Origin: Candidatus Altiarchaeota archaeon
Lineage (GTDB): Archaea; Altiarchaeota; Altiarchaeia; IMC4; SCGC-AAA252-I15
Length of the DNA: 34,969 nucleotides
NCBI GenBank assembly: GCA_043813075.1
Contig: JBDRLL010000008.1
Location: forward strand, 1-34,969
Reading direction: 5' to 3'
Shown here: in pieces, positions 8,216 to 17,157 of the stretch
Layout: each line of letters starts with the position of its first letter
How positions within the stretch are numbered: position 1 is the stretch's first letter
Translations under genes and position numbers: made by a program
Notes under the pieces: model-generated
The model's input: only the letters and a program-made list of their open reading frames with translations
What the model was told of the DNA's origin: nothing
Databases searched by the model: none

Positions 8216-9609
8216 TCCCTAGCGTAAAACTTCAAGAATCTGTATGACTTCTTCCACCAATAATCCTTCCCCTCATCCAGGTGGTTTAGGATGAAGTCAG
8301 TAAGCTCTAAGGCCTGTATCACACAGTGGTCTATGTTGCAATGCAGAAACAATCCGCATCTTCCGAGTGTGAACAGATTCTTTATCCTGCTAACTGAATC
8401 GTAAATCCTTTGGAATTTATCCCGCCATCCGATTACAAATATTGGGTACGCGTCCTCCATCCTAACTGAAAAAGACTTAACTATATTCGGGTGCTTATCA
8501 AGTATCTTAACCTTAACGAGTTCTTCTACGCAAACTTTGAGTGCGTCTTCCTCACTCATCTCCCATATGTCATCGCCCCTGTTCGATGGTATCTCCACCG
8601 TTAGGAGCGTCTCATTCATTTCTGGATTTACGTATGGTGAATACTTTCTTAACTCTGAAACTCTCCCGAATACGACAGAAGACTGTGGGAAATAGAATGT
8701 CTCGCTCTCATGCTTAATCTCATCTTTCATCAGGATGTAGACTATCCTAACCCCCCTCCATTCGAGCTTTTCTTCCTCATCCACGTCAGACATCATGTTA
8801 TATAATTCGTCTATGGGCATCGTTGAGATCACTATCGATGACTCGATAGTACGCTCTACCCCCTCATCATCCACAACCTTAACGTATTCAACACGTTTGT
8901 CGTTGACCTTGACCTCACTGACTCTTCTGTTGAGGAGTATCTCTCCCCCACCCTCGACTATTCTATCCCTCAGCCTTTCGCAGATACTGCCTATCCCCTC
9001 CCTCGGATAGTAGTAAAAATCGTTTTTCCTGAACAGGACCTTAGTGAACAGCTCTAGTCCACCAAGAAACCTGCTTCTCCTACCCACGTCCAGAGACATT
9101 TCGTCCGGCTCCTTACCCCACAGCTTCCTAGCGTAATCCCTATAAAAAGAGTTATACGCTTCGTCCCCAACTCTCCTACGCATTATCTTCTCGAAATTAT
9201 CATCACCATTCTTTGAAATGGACAAATGTCCTCTCAGATAGCTTAAACCGTATTTCACGATTCCGCTATAATGGAAGTCTCTGATTATGGTGTATATGTT
9301 TGGGGGATAGTCGATGTATCTGCCGTTAAAGTAAAACCTACCCCCCCTAGGTCGTTTCAAGAGTTTTTCACCCAGAACCGATTCGATGTATTCAAATACC
9401 CTTGGCTGGATGTTCTTATGGAGCCTGTGCGAACCAAGATCGTACTTGACCCCTCCCCCCCTTAATGTGGCTGAAAGTCCGCCGACGTAACTGTTTTTCT
9501 CAACGACAATTACCTTTTCATCAGTTCTTTTAGAAAGCTCATATGCGACAGTCAAACCAGTTATCCCCGCACCTATGACGACTATACTCCCCCCCCTCTC
9601 ATCCATCAT
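8212..9609 (-). CDS. FAD-dependent oxidoreductase (HemY/UDP-galactopyranose mutase-like)
   Basis: IGAGITG dinucleotide fold, EKNSYVGG, DLGSHR, YYYPREG, AYP and C-terminal GRCGLFLHCNIDH. Confidence 0.82.
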   Translation of the reverse strand: MMDERGGSIVVIGAGITGLTVAYELSKRTDEKVIVVEKNSYVGGLSATLRGGGVKYDLGSHRLHKNIQPRVFEYIESVLGEKLLKRPRGGRFYFNGRYIDYPPNIYTIIRDFHYSGIVKYGLSYLRGHLSISKNGDDNFEKIMRRRVGDEAYNSFYRDYARKLWGKEPDEMSLDVGRRSRFLGGLELFTKVLFRKNDFYYYPREGIGSICERLRDRIVEGGGEILLNRRVSEVKVNDKRVEYVKVVDDEGVERTIESSIVISTMPIDELYNMMSDVDEEEKLEWRGVRIVYILMKDEIKHESETFYFPQSSVVFGRVSELRKYSPYVNPEMNETLLTVEIPSNRGDDIWEMSEEDALKVCVEELVKVKILDKHPNIVKSFSVRMEDAYPIFVIGWRDKFQRIYDSVSRIKNLFTLGRCGLFLHCNIDHCVIQALELTDFILNHLDEGKDYWWKKSYRFLKFYARE

Positions 9610-9798
9610 AAACGTCTCTTAAACCTTTTTCTCCCGCCATCCGCAGGATAAAATCAGCATTCCGCAAATCCTTTTATTCTATGGATTTTGTTATTAATTA
9701 ACTATCACATCATCGTGGCTGCAACCAATATCCTGGTTGTTTACGGCAGACTAAAAAATATGTGCGTGTTTTTTCCCCTGAGATTTGCTTCCGTTAGC

Positions 9799-10386
9799 TT
9801 AGACTACCTTCATCGATTCAAGTGCCACGCTTAGCACCGCCACTATGACTCCCGCGGAAAGCATTTTAAACGCGTTTTTGACTGTGTTTTCCTTGGCTAT
9901 CGACCCGACGAACGCTCCTATGCCCATAAGTATGCCTGCCACAAGTATCATTGAGGCGTGGTAGGCGTCTATTATGCTTATGACGCCGGATCTGGACAGG
10001 AAGAAGGGGACTAGTATTATGATGGATGCTAGTGCCGGTGATATGCCGTCTACCATCGCTATCACAACCGTCTTAACCTTCATGCTTTTCTCTACTTTGG
10101 TGCCATCCAGATCCTTCATCATGTGCTTTTCAAGCTCCTTGAATTTGTTAAGCCTCTCAGCATATTCCGCCGAGTAAGCACCCCAAAACCCTGAGACTCC
10201 CATGGCGACGGCAGCGCCCATGCAAGAGATTATTATGATCTTCGCTTCTGTCACATGCGAGAGGTAGAGTGCGGCTATTATGCCGAGTATGGTCAGAGCC
10301 CCGTCGAAGGAGTTCATCACAAAGTATCTCCTAGCGATATCCTCCTTCCCCAGTATTTCAAGAATTTCTCTTATTTTGACAGTCAT
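9799..10386 (-). CDS. VIT1/CCC1 family Fe/Mn transporter (short archaeal type)
   Basis: RRYFVMNSFDGALTILG and AMGVSGFWGAYSAE motifs; five TM segments. Confidence 0.8.
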   Translation of the reverse strand: MTVKIREILEILGKEDIARRYFVMNSFDGALTILGIIAALYLSHVTEAKIIIISCMGAAVAMGVSGFWGAYSAEYAERLNKFKELEKHMMKDLDGTKVEKSMKVKTVVIAMVDGISPALASIIILVPFFLSRSGVISIIDAYHASMILVAGILMGIGAFVGSIAKENTVKNAFKMLSAGVIVAVLSVALESMKVV

Positions 10387-10416
10387 TTACATCCTGTTGA
10401 CGCGTCTATCCTTGTT

Positions 10417-10716
10417 TCAAGCCTTCTCAGGTCCCGGCGGCTTGTTGCCAACCATCACCTTGTCTATGCTGTGGACTGCGCCCCCGTTTTCCTCAATCAG
10501 GTCTTTTATCCTGTCAAAGTCTATGTTCTCCCCTTCGATAGTCATCTTGAGGGATTCGGTCTTTTCGTCCACAGCGTACACTGAAATGATTGCGTTATCC
10601 ACCTTGTGTTCTCTGCAGAGTTTCTTCCCGAAGTCGACGATATTAGGCTTGTGCGGCTTCAGCACGTCCAAAACCAGAAGCCTAACCGGAGAATTGCATT
10701 CAGATTCCTCGTCCAT
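10417..10716 (-). CDS. DUF211 family protein
   Basis: RLLVLDVLKPHKP ... GGAVHSIDKV signature. Confidence 0.88.
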   Translation of the reverse strand: MDEESECNSPVRLLVLDVLKPHKPNIVDFGKKLCREHKVDNAIISVYAVDEKTESLKMTIEGENIDFDRIKDLIEENGGAVHSIDKVMVGNKPPGPEKA

Positions 10717-10817
10717 GACAGTAATTAATGTGACAAAAACTTAATAAATGGTTCCACCCCTATTTTCACGGCCTCGCAGGCCAGTGATTTTTAAGCCAGT
10801 TTTCAATCTTATTCTGG

Positions 10818-12167
10818 ATGGGCAAGGACCTTACTGAGGGTAGTGTTTTAAAGACCATAGTATCTGTTTCACTGCCAATGGTGGTGGCGTTTACGCTTCA
10901 GAGCACGTTCAACATAGTTGACGCGTATTTCGTCGGCAAGCTAAGCGCGTCTGCCCTCGCAGCAGTCAGCATAAGCTTCCCGATAGTGTTCCTGATAATA
11001 TCCCTCAGCACCGGGTTGGGCGTCGGCAGCACGTCGCTGATAGCAAGGATTGTGGGTGAGAAGAACCTTGAGAAGGCAGGTCAGGTGGCGGAGCACGCGT
11101 TCCTCCTAGCAGTAGCGCTCTCCATAATATTCACTTTCGTAGGAGTCATCTCAGCAGGCCCATTGTTCGACTTGATGGGTGTTGAGAGCGATGTCCGGCA
11201 GTTGGGGATGGAGTACATAACGATAATCCTCTTCGGCAGCATAGTGATATTCACCGTCATGGTCGGGAACAGCATCATACAGGGTGAGGGTGAGATGCAC
11301 GTCCCCATGATAGTGATGTCATTGTCCGCCATACTTAACATAATACTGGACCCCATCTTCATCTTCACCTTGGGCATGGGCGTCCGTGGCGCAGCCTATG
11401 CGACTGTCCTCTCACGGTCGGTAGGTCTTCTGATAATACTGCTATACTTCCTCTCAGGGAAATCCTGGATAAGGCTAGCTTTCCCCCGCTTCTCATTTAA
11501 CATGGAGTATGTGAAGGGCATATTCTATGTCGGAGTCCCGTCTTCCCTTTCAAACGTGTTCATGAGCATCGGAATGTTCCTCCTCACTCTGATAGTCTCC
11601 GGCTTCGGCACTGAAGCGCTTGCAGCATTCGGCGTTGTCTTCAGGCTTGACAGCCTCGCCATACTCCCAGGCCTCGGCATCTCAGTCGGGATAGTGACTC
11701 TCGTAGGCCAGAACGTGGGTGCTGGCCGATATGACCGGGCGAGGGAGATGACTATGAAGGCAGGGCTTATCTCCTCAGTATTCATGAGCCTGTTGGGTGT
11801 GGTATTCTTCGTATTCTCCCGGGATATAATGGCCCTGTTCAACTCCGACCCCCTAGTGATAGCTTATGGATCATCATTCCTGAGGATAGTGACATTCTCC
11901 TACCTGGTTGTGGGCTTTAGCATGTCTATTTCAGGAGCCTTCCTCGGCTCCGGCCACCCCATACCCTCTTTACTGCTGACACTGCTTCGCGTCATAATAC
12001 TCAGCGTGCCGTTAGCATACATCCTGTCATCGTATATGGGCCTTTCAGGCGTATGGTACGGCATACTCGTGTCTTCCATTGCCTCCTCAGTGGTCGCGAT
12101 CATTGTGTTCCAGAATCACTGCTGCAGGATGACGCGTATAGTGAGCGCTCAGCAGCATACTCCATGA
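10818..12167 (+). CDS. MATE family efflux transporter
   Basis: DLTEGSV, NIVDAYFVGKL, NIILDPIFIF, GVRGAAYAT and GQNVGAG motifs; about 12 TM segments. Confidence 0.95.
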   Translation: MGKDLTEGSVLKTIVSVSLPMVVAFTLQSTFNIVDAYFVGKLSASALAAVSISFPIVFLIISLSTGLGVGSTSLIARIVGEKNLEKAGQVAEHAFLLAVALSIIFTFVGVISAGPLFDLMGVESDVRQLGMEYITIILFGSIVIFTVMVGNSIIQGEGEMHVPMIVMSLSAILNIILDPIFIFTLGMGVRGAAYATVLSRSVGLLIILLYFLSGKSWIRLAFPRFSFNMEYVKGIFYVGVPSSLSNVFMSIGMFLLTLIVSGFGTEALAAFGVVFRLDSLAILPGLGISVGIVTLVGQNVGAGRYDRAREMTMKAGLISSVFMSLLGVVFFVFSRDIMALFNSDPLVIAYGSSFLRIVTFSYLVVGFSMSISGAFLGSGHPIPSLLLTLLRVIILSVPLAYILSSYMGLSGVWYGILVSSIASSVVAIIVFQNHCCRMTRIVSAQQHTP

Positions 12168-12669
12168 TCACTTTATCCAGGAACTCTTCCAAGCTTCCGG
12201 CATCCCCGTTATTCCAGCCGCGTGCCATCTCATCATGGGTTCTGAACTCGTTTGCGTACGTAACGAAGTCGTTGGTTATCGAGGCAAGGCCTGCCCTACC
12301 AATCCCCTTAACATTCCATTCTCTCCCGCATATGGTATTCCTCCTCACTGAAATGTCGCGGCCATTCATGGTGAACGGGTAGAGTCTGCATATGGACGGC
12401 TTGAACCCGTGGATCACGCACTTACCCTCTTCATGGAACACGCAGTAGCCTTCATCGTTCTTCCTTAGGAACAAGTAGTAGTACTCTCTCCCAGACCTTA
12501 TCTCTGTGAAAAGGGATTCCGCCTCATTGACCGAGACCTTCCTCACGAACTCTCTCGGATGCAATCCAGTCCCGCCCGCTATCCTAGCAGTATCTGTTAT
12601 GCTCAAAGGCACGTCGTACATGCAGCATTCATTCACGCACTTCATGCACGGGTTATACTCCCCCACCAT
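12100..12669 (-). CDS. YkgJ-family cysteine-cluster (Fe-S/Zn) protein
   Basis: CMKCVNECC, CVF, CVIHGFKPSICRLYPF motifs. Confidence 0.85.
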   Translation of the reverse strand: MVGEYNPCMKCVNECCMYDVPLSITDTARIAGGTGLHPREFVRKVSVNEAESLFTEIRSGREYYYLFLRKNDEGYCVFHEEGKCVIHGFKPSICRLYPFTMNGRDISVRRNTICGREWNVKGIGRAGLASITNDFVTYANEFRTHDEMARGWNNGDAGSLEEFLDKVIMEYAAERSLYASSCSSDSGTQ

Positions 12670-12708
12670 ATAGTATATTTAGGAGTATATCTAAGATATC
12701 TGTTGGAA

Positions 12709-13620
12709 TTGAAAGCAACACACGCTCTAATGATTCTGGCCGTCTTGCTGCTGGCTTCAATAGCTTTTCTGCTGTTCTATCAGAACTTCATGGCCGGCGG
12801 GCGGGTGGAATATGCAGCATCCACCTCAACGACATTGGCTGAGGTGCGGGAAGCTGCTGCTGCTGCAACAACACTCCCCTTGGTGATACGTGACATGGGC
12901 CTTGTTGCGGCTGAGGGTGACGTGGTGACCGTCCACTACGTCATATGGGACGAGGATGGTGTTATGTACGACACATCCTATCAGGAGTTGGCGAACAAGA
13001 CCGTAGCGTACATGCTTGGGGACGACACCGGCTATGGTCCTGTCACATTCGAAGTCGGCTCCGGAACCGCGATCGAGGGCCTTGAGACTGGCGTCATCGG
13101 CATGTCTGTCGGTGACAGCAGGACACTCACAATAGAGCCTCTGAAGGCTTACGGCCTGCATGTGGATGAATACGTTTTCCTGCTGTCCAGGACCGAGAGG
13201 ATTCCCAGATATCAGAGCATAGCCCGCGATATATTCGAGAGGGATATCGGCTCAAAACCCGCATTGGGGGGTGTATACACGCTTTCGAAAAACATGTCCT
13301 CAGTGGACTGGCCCATAACAGTCGTTAACTTGTCAGGTGATAGCGTTTACATAGAATACGGGCTGCCTTCGGTCACATCATTTGAAACCAACTTCGGTCC
13401 TGCAGTCATCGAGGAGACTGGTGACGAGTTCCACGTGATAGTCAGCCCCTCCACCGGCAGGGTAGTGACCAAGTACGGCATCGCCCGCATAACCGACGTT
13501 AATGAGGAGAACTTCACGCTGGATTACAACAACGAGCTTGCCAACAAGACGATAGTGGTCAAAGTCGATCTACTGGACATCATGAGGGCGTCCGGCACTG
13601 GACTATCTACTCCTCAATGA
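12709..13620 (+). CDS. Membrane-anchored FKBP-type peptidyl-prolyl isomerase (SlyD-like, long insert)
   Basis: GDVVTVHY, DTS, FEVGSG, IEGLETGVIGM, IEPLKAYG and LDYNNELANKT motifs; N-terminal TM plus Thr-rich linker. Start uncertain (TTG 12703/12709 or ATG 12730); the 12559 start would overlap the divergent gene. Confidence 0.82.
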   Translation: MKATHALMILAVLLLASIAFLLFYQNFMAGGRVEYAASTSTTLAEVREAAAAATTLPLVIRDMGLVAAEGDVVTVHYVIWDEDGVMYDTSYQELANKTVAYMLGDDTGYGPVTFEVGSGTAIEGLETGVIGMSVGDSRTLTIEPLKAYGLHVDEYVFLLSRTERIPRYQSIARDIFERDIGSKPALGGVYTLSKNMSSVDWPITVVNLSGDSVYIEYGLPSVTSFETNFGPAVIEETGDEFHVIVSPSTGRVVTKYGIARITDVNEENFTLDYNNELANKTIVVKVDLLDIMRASGTGLSTPQ

Positions 13621-14002
13621 ACAGTTCAGTGTCCCCGACCAGTATGCTGCCCTTCTCCATCAGTTCGTCCACCTGACTCCGCTTCAGCCTCATCTCCCTG
13701 GTCAGGGTCAGTTTCCTCCCGATCACGTCCTCAGCCTCACCCGCATCAAAGAATAAACCACACCTGCATTCTTCGACTATCACGGAGTGTATGTCCGCCT
13801 TATTCATCTGCCTCCCGCATTTAGGGCAGCGACGGCCGCTCTTGCCCCTGTATTTGAGTTCGTGCTCTGTGACCGTGTTTCCAGATATTTTACCCAACTC
13901 ACCCCAGTCCATCCAGATGCCGTTGCATCCGCTGCAGAAGTCAAGCCTAGTCTTACCAACATGCTTCTCAACCATGATGCTACCGTCTTTAGGGCAATCC
14001 AT
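13607..14002 (-). CDS. Tandem zf-TFIIB-type zinc-ribbon protein
   Basis: Two units: CPKD...CSGCNGIWMDWGEL and CPKC...CRCGLFFDAGE. Confidence 0.8.
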   Translation of the reverse strand: MDCPKDGSIMVEKHVGKTRLDFCSGCNGIWMDWGELGKISGNTVTEHELKYRGKSGRRCPKCGRQMNKADIHSVIVEECRCGLFFDAGEAEDVIGRKLTLTREMRLKRSQVDELMEKGSILVGDTELFIEE

Positions 14003-14064
14003 CTCTACCAGTTATCATATTATTCCCCATCCTTTTAATTTATATCGCTTAATAATACTCGAAC

Positions 14065-14406
14065 ATGCGGTCAGAAGCCCTCATCGTAATCCTGGTGTTG
14101 TTCTGCCTAGGGTGCATAGAGGCCCGTCAGAGCCTTAGCCTGAAGCTACTCCAGTATCCTGAAGAGCGAAGGTTCGAGTTGAGGAACACCGGTCAGGTGG
14201 AATATACCGGCTGCAGGATTATAGTGAATGAAAACTGGACCTATGACGCGGTGGCGATTCCCGAGGGTGAGCGGATAAGCATGGATCCAGACAGATTCAA
14301 GTCCGAATCCGGGGATGACCTGAACTTAAGCACGGTTTTAGACTCGATTGAGATATACTGTGCTGAAGGTTATTACGGGGGTAAAATCCAGTCCACCCCC
14401 CAATAA
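14065..14406 (+). CDS. Small secreted protein / putative lipoprotein
   Basis: Signal peptide ending in lipobox-like CLGC; no recognised domain. Confidence 0.6.
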   Translation: MRSEALIVILVLFCLGCIEARQSLSLKLLQYPEERRFELRNTGQVEYTGCRIIVNENWTYDAVAIPEGERISMDPDRFKSESGDDLNLSTVLDSIEIYCAEGYYGGKIQSTPQ

Positions 14407-14464
14407 TTAGTTTTATTAAGCATGCTATTCTAAAATATAGTCACATTTTTAACAGGTGATTTAC

Positions 14465-15049
14465 ATGCTAGTTGTTATGACAGGAGTACCGGGTGTAGGA
14501 AAGTCGACTGTAGTCAGAAAGTCATTTGAGCAGGCAGAAAAAGAAGGCGTTAAAGTCTCATACGAAATGATCAATTTCGGCGACCAGATGCTTGAAATGG
14601 CCCAGAAAAACGGCCTTGTAGAGCACAGGGACGAGATGAGGGCCCTTCCAACCGAGAAGCAGATTGAAATCCAGAAGAAGGCCGCTCAGAACATAAGGAA
14701 GATGGCTGACCATGGCGACATAATACTCGACACGCACAGCACTATCGAGACTCCGAAGGGATTCATCCCCGGCATGCCTGAATGGGTTCTGAAGGAATTA
14801 AGGCCTGACGTGATAGTCGTCTTGGAGAGCAGGCCGCAGGACGTCAACAAGTTTAGGAAGAAGGATTTGGACGGCGACTTCAGGAGGAGGGAGGTCGACA
14901 ATCTTGAGGGTATAGAGCGGCATCAGAGCGTAAACCGGAGTGCGGCGGTAGCGTACTCTGTCCTTACTGGAACGCCGGTTAAGGTCATATGGAAGCCTGA
15001 CGGTTTCCTGGAAAGGGCGGCGGGAGAGCTTTTGGGGATATTAAAATAA
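14465..15049 (+). CDS. adkA: Adenylate kinase, archaeal type
   Basis: TGVPGVGKST, NFGD, HRDEMR, DTH and TPKGFIPG motifs; GGTGA RBS places the start at ATG 14465. Confidence 0.95.
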   Translation: MLVVMTGVPGVGKSTVVRKSFEQAEKEGVKVSYEMINFGDQMLEMAQKNGLVEHRDEMRALPTEKQIEIQKKAAQNIRKMADHGDIILDTHSTIETPKGFIPGMPEWVLKELRPDVIVVLESRPQDVNKFRKKDLDGDFRRREVDNLEGIERHQSVNRSAAVAYSVLTGTPVKVIWKPDGFLERAAGELLGILK

Positions 15050-15050
15050 A

Positions 15051-15488
15051 ATGATTGAGTTAACACACGACGGCGTGATCATAGGCATAATCTCCATAGC
15101 GATGTCTCTTATGAGCACGCTTGTGCGTTCCGCTACGATAGACAAGGAAAAGTTCCGCGAGCAGAAGGAGCAGATTAAGGAGCATCAGATGAAGATCAAG
15201 GAGGCGCAGAAAAACAAGGACTTGAAGACAATGAAGAAGAGCCAGCAGCACCTGAGCGAGCTCATGATGGATCAGATGAAGCACAGCTTCAAGCCAATGT
15301 TGTATACCATGGTCCCGTTCCTTATAGTCTTCGGGTGGCTGAGGAACAATTACGCTCAGGTCGGTATGGTAGTCACTTTCCCCTATATGCTGCCCATCAT
15401 CGGTGATGGTCTCGGCTGGCTGGGGTGGTACATATTCTGCAGCATGATAGTGTCCATGATATTGAATAAAGCACTTAAACTAACATAG
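15051..15488 (+). CDS. DUF106 / EMC3-TMCO1 (Oxa1 superfamily) membrane protein
   Basis: TM, coiled coil, SFKPM, GWLGWYI motif; conserved position between adk and L34e. Confidence 0.9.
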   Translation: MIELTHDGVIIGIISIAMSLMSTLVRSATIDKEKFREQKEQIKEHQMKIKEAQKNKDLKTMKKSQQHLSELMMDQMKHSFKPMLYTMVPFLIVFGWLRNNYAQVGMVVTFPYMLPIIGDGLGWLGWYIFCSMIVSMILNKALKLT

Positions 15489-15498
15489 AGGTTGTGAA

Positions 15499-15999
15499 AT
15501 GGTTAAACCAAGCAGAAGAACGAAGTCTACAAAGAAGATAAAGAAGAAGTCTCCCGGCGGGAGGACTGTAACCCATTACAAGCGGAAGGATTCTGGAGCA
15601 GCTAAATGCGGTAGGTGCGGTAGGATACTTGCTGGCGTTAAGGCAGGCACATCAGCCAAGGTCCGTAACACAAGCAAGTCCGGTAAGGCACCCGGAAAAC
15701 CGTACTCCGGGGAATTGTGCAACAAATGCCTGGATGACATGGCAAAGTATGTGACCCGGACTGGGGTAAAATACTCTGGCAAGGACTACTCTGACATTGA
15801 AGTCGGCAGGGACCTTACGTTGGAGAAATTCCTTCCTCGCGGATGGTTCAATAGTGTCGCGTCAGGGAAGAAGACTTCAAGGAAGCATAAGGACAAGTCC
15901 TACAGGAAGCCTAAGGCAGCGTCAAAGAAGAAGGAAGACGCGCCTAAGGCAGTCAAGAAGAAGGCTGTGAAGAAGTCTTCCCGCAAGAAGAAGGAGTGA
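15499..15999 (+). CDS. rpl34e: 50S ribosomal protein L34e with long C-terminal extension
   Basis: PGGRTVTHY, CGRCG and PYSGELCNKC motifs; synteny with adk and cmk. Confidence 0.9.
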   Translation: MVKPSRRTKSTKKIKKKSPGGRTVTHYKRKDSGAAKCGRCGRILAGVKAGTSAKVRNTSKSGKAPGKPYSGELCNKCLDDMAKYVTRTGVKYSGKDYSDIEVGRDLTLEKFLPRGWFNSVASGKKTSRKHKDKSYRKPKAASKKKEDAPKAVKKKAVKKSSRKKKE

Positions 16000-16000
16000 A

Positions 16001-16531
16001 ATGATAGTAACTGTCGGAGGCTCCGCGGCATCCGGTAAGTCAACCCTAGCGAAGAGGCTGTCTGAAATGATGGGCTTCAAGCATGTTTCTGCTGGGGGGA
16101 TAATGCGTTCAATGGCTGTTGAGCGGGGGATGACCATCATCGAGTTCTCCAAGTATGCTGAGGAAAATCCTGAAGTCGACCGTGAGATAGACGAGCGCCA
16201 GAAGAGCGGGGCTGTTGGAGACTGCGTGGTTGACGGCAGGCTTTCACGGCACTTCCTAAACCCTGACTTAAGCATATGGCTCACCGCGCCGATCGAGGAG
16301 AGGGCGAGGCGGGTCATGCAGAGGGGTGAGGAGTACGGGGACGTTGAGGAGGCGGCCCGTGACATACGGTTGAGGGAGGAGAGCGAGCTTAAGAGGTACA
16401 TGGAATTCTACGGGATAGACCTGTCGGATCTGGCGCAATACGACCTGATCATAAACACCGGGAAGTTCAACATAGCGGAGATGACTGAACTCTCATTAAT
16501 GGCTGTGAAAATAGCGGGGAAAGCCCCTTAA
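16001..16531 (+). CDS. cmk: Cytidylate kinase, archaeal type
   Basis: GSAASGKST, SAG, DREID, DGRLS, RYMEFYGID and YDLIINT motifs. Confidence 0.93.
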   Translation: MIVTVGGSAASGKSTLAKRLSEMMGFKHVSAGGIMRSMAVERGMTIIEFSKYAEENPEVDREIDERQKSGAVGDCVVDGRLSRHFLNPDLSIWLTAPIEERARRVMQRGEEYGDVEEAARDIRLREESELKRYMEFYGIDLSDLAQYDLIINTGKFNIAEMTELSLMAVKIAGKAP

Positions 16532-16555
16532 AAAGGGCCAAACCCAATAATTATT

Positions 16556-17125
16556 ATGGACGGCCTGATGGGCGAATACCGTGATATCGCAGGCATGATA
16601 GACTCCGACCGCGTGGATGATGCGGTAGTCCGTCTTGAATCACTGATAGAGCAAAATCCTGGCGACAGCACCCTGTGGATAATGCATGGCATGGCCTTAA
16701 AGGCTAAGGGCGAAGTCAGGGAGGCGTTGAATTCTCTTAATACTGCGGCTGTCTCGGATTACATGAATCCGTGGCCGCATTTGCGTAAGGCCGAGATATA
16801 TGAGGAGATTGGCTGGCTGGACAAGGCTTTGGGTGAGGTCGAGGATGCCATTGAAATCAACCCTGACAAGTCCGAGTTCTGGCATGAGAAGGGCTCTATT
16901 CTGGAGGAGATGCTGATCCCCAAGGAGGCTTTCGAGTGCTATTTCATGGCTGTGGTCATAAATGATTCGGCGGCATGGTCCTGGTTTGGCATGGCGAGGT
17001 CGCTGGTTTATCTTAATTCACTGGGTAAGGCTATGGAGGCTGTTGACAAGGCAATATCCATCCAGCCTACTGAGAAGGCTTTCCTGGACTTCAAGGAGTA
17101 CTTGAATTCCAAGTCCGCTAATTGA
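16556..17125 (+). CDS. Tetratricopeptide repeat protein
   Basis: Repeated W..G/A..L...A...A...P helical pattern at about 34-aa spacing. Confidence 0.85.
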   Translation: MDGLMGEYRDIAGMIDSDRVDDAVVRLESLIEQNPGDSTLWIMHGMALKAKGEVREALNSLNTAAVSDYMNPWPHLRKAEIYEEIGWLDKALGEVEDAIEINPDKSEFWHEKGSILEEMLIPKEAFECYFMAVVINDSAAWSWFGMARSLVYLNSLGKAMEAVDKAISIQPTEKAFLDFKEYLNSKSAN

Positions 17126-17157
17126 CTTTATTATATCCTCTGGTTTAATGTTTATTG

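Noticed and set aside
9610-9798. Longest intergenic region, with short hairpins (CAACCA-N6-TGGTTG)
   Set aside because: Stems are only 6-7 bp; no tRNA, att site or ncRNA can be supported.
12100-12167. 68-nt convergent overlap of the MATE and YkgJ genes
   Set aside because: Only non-conserved tails overlap, which is common in compact genomes.
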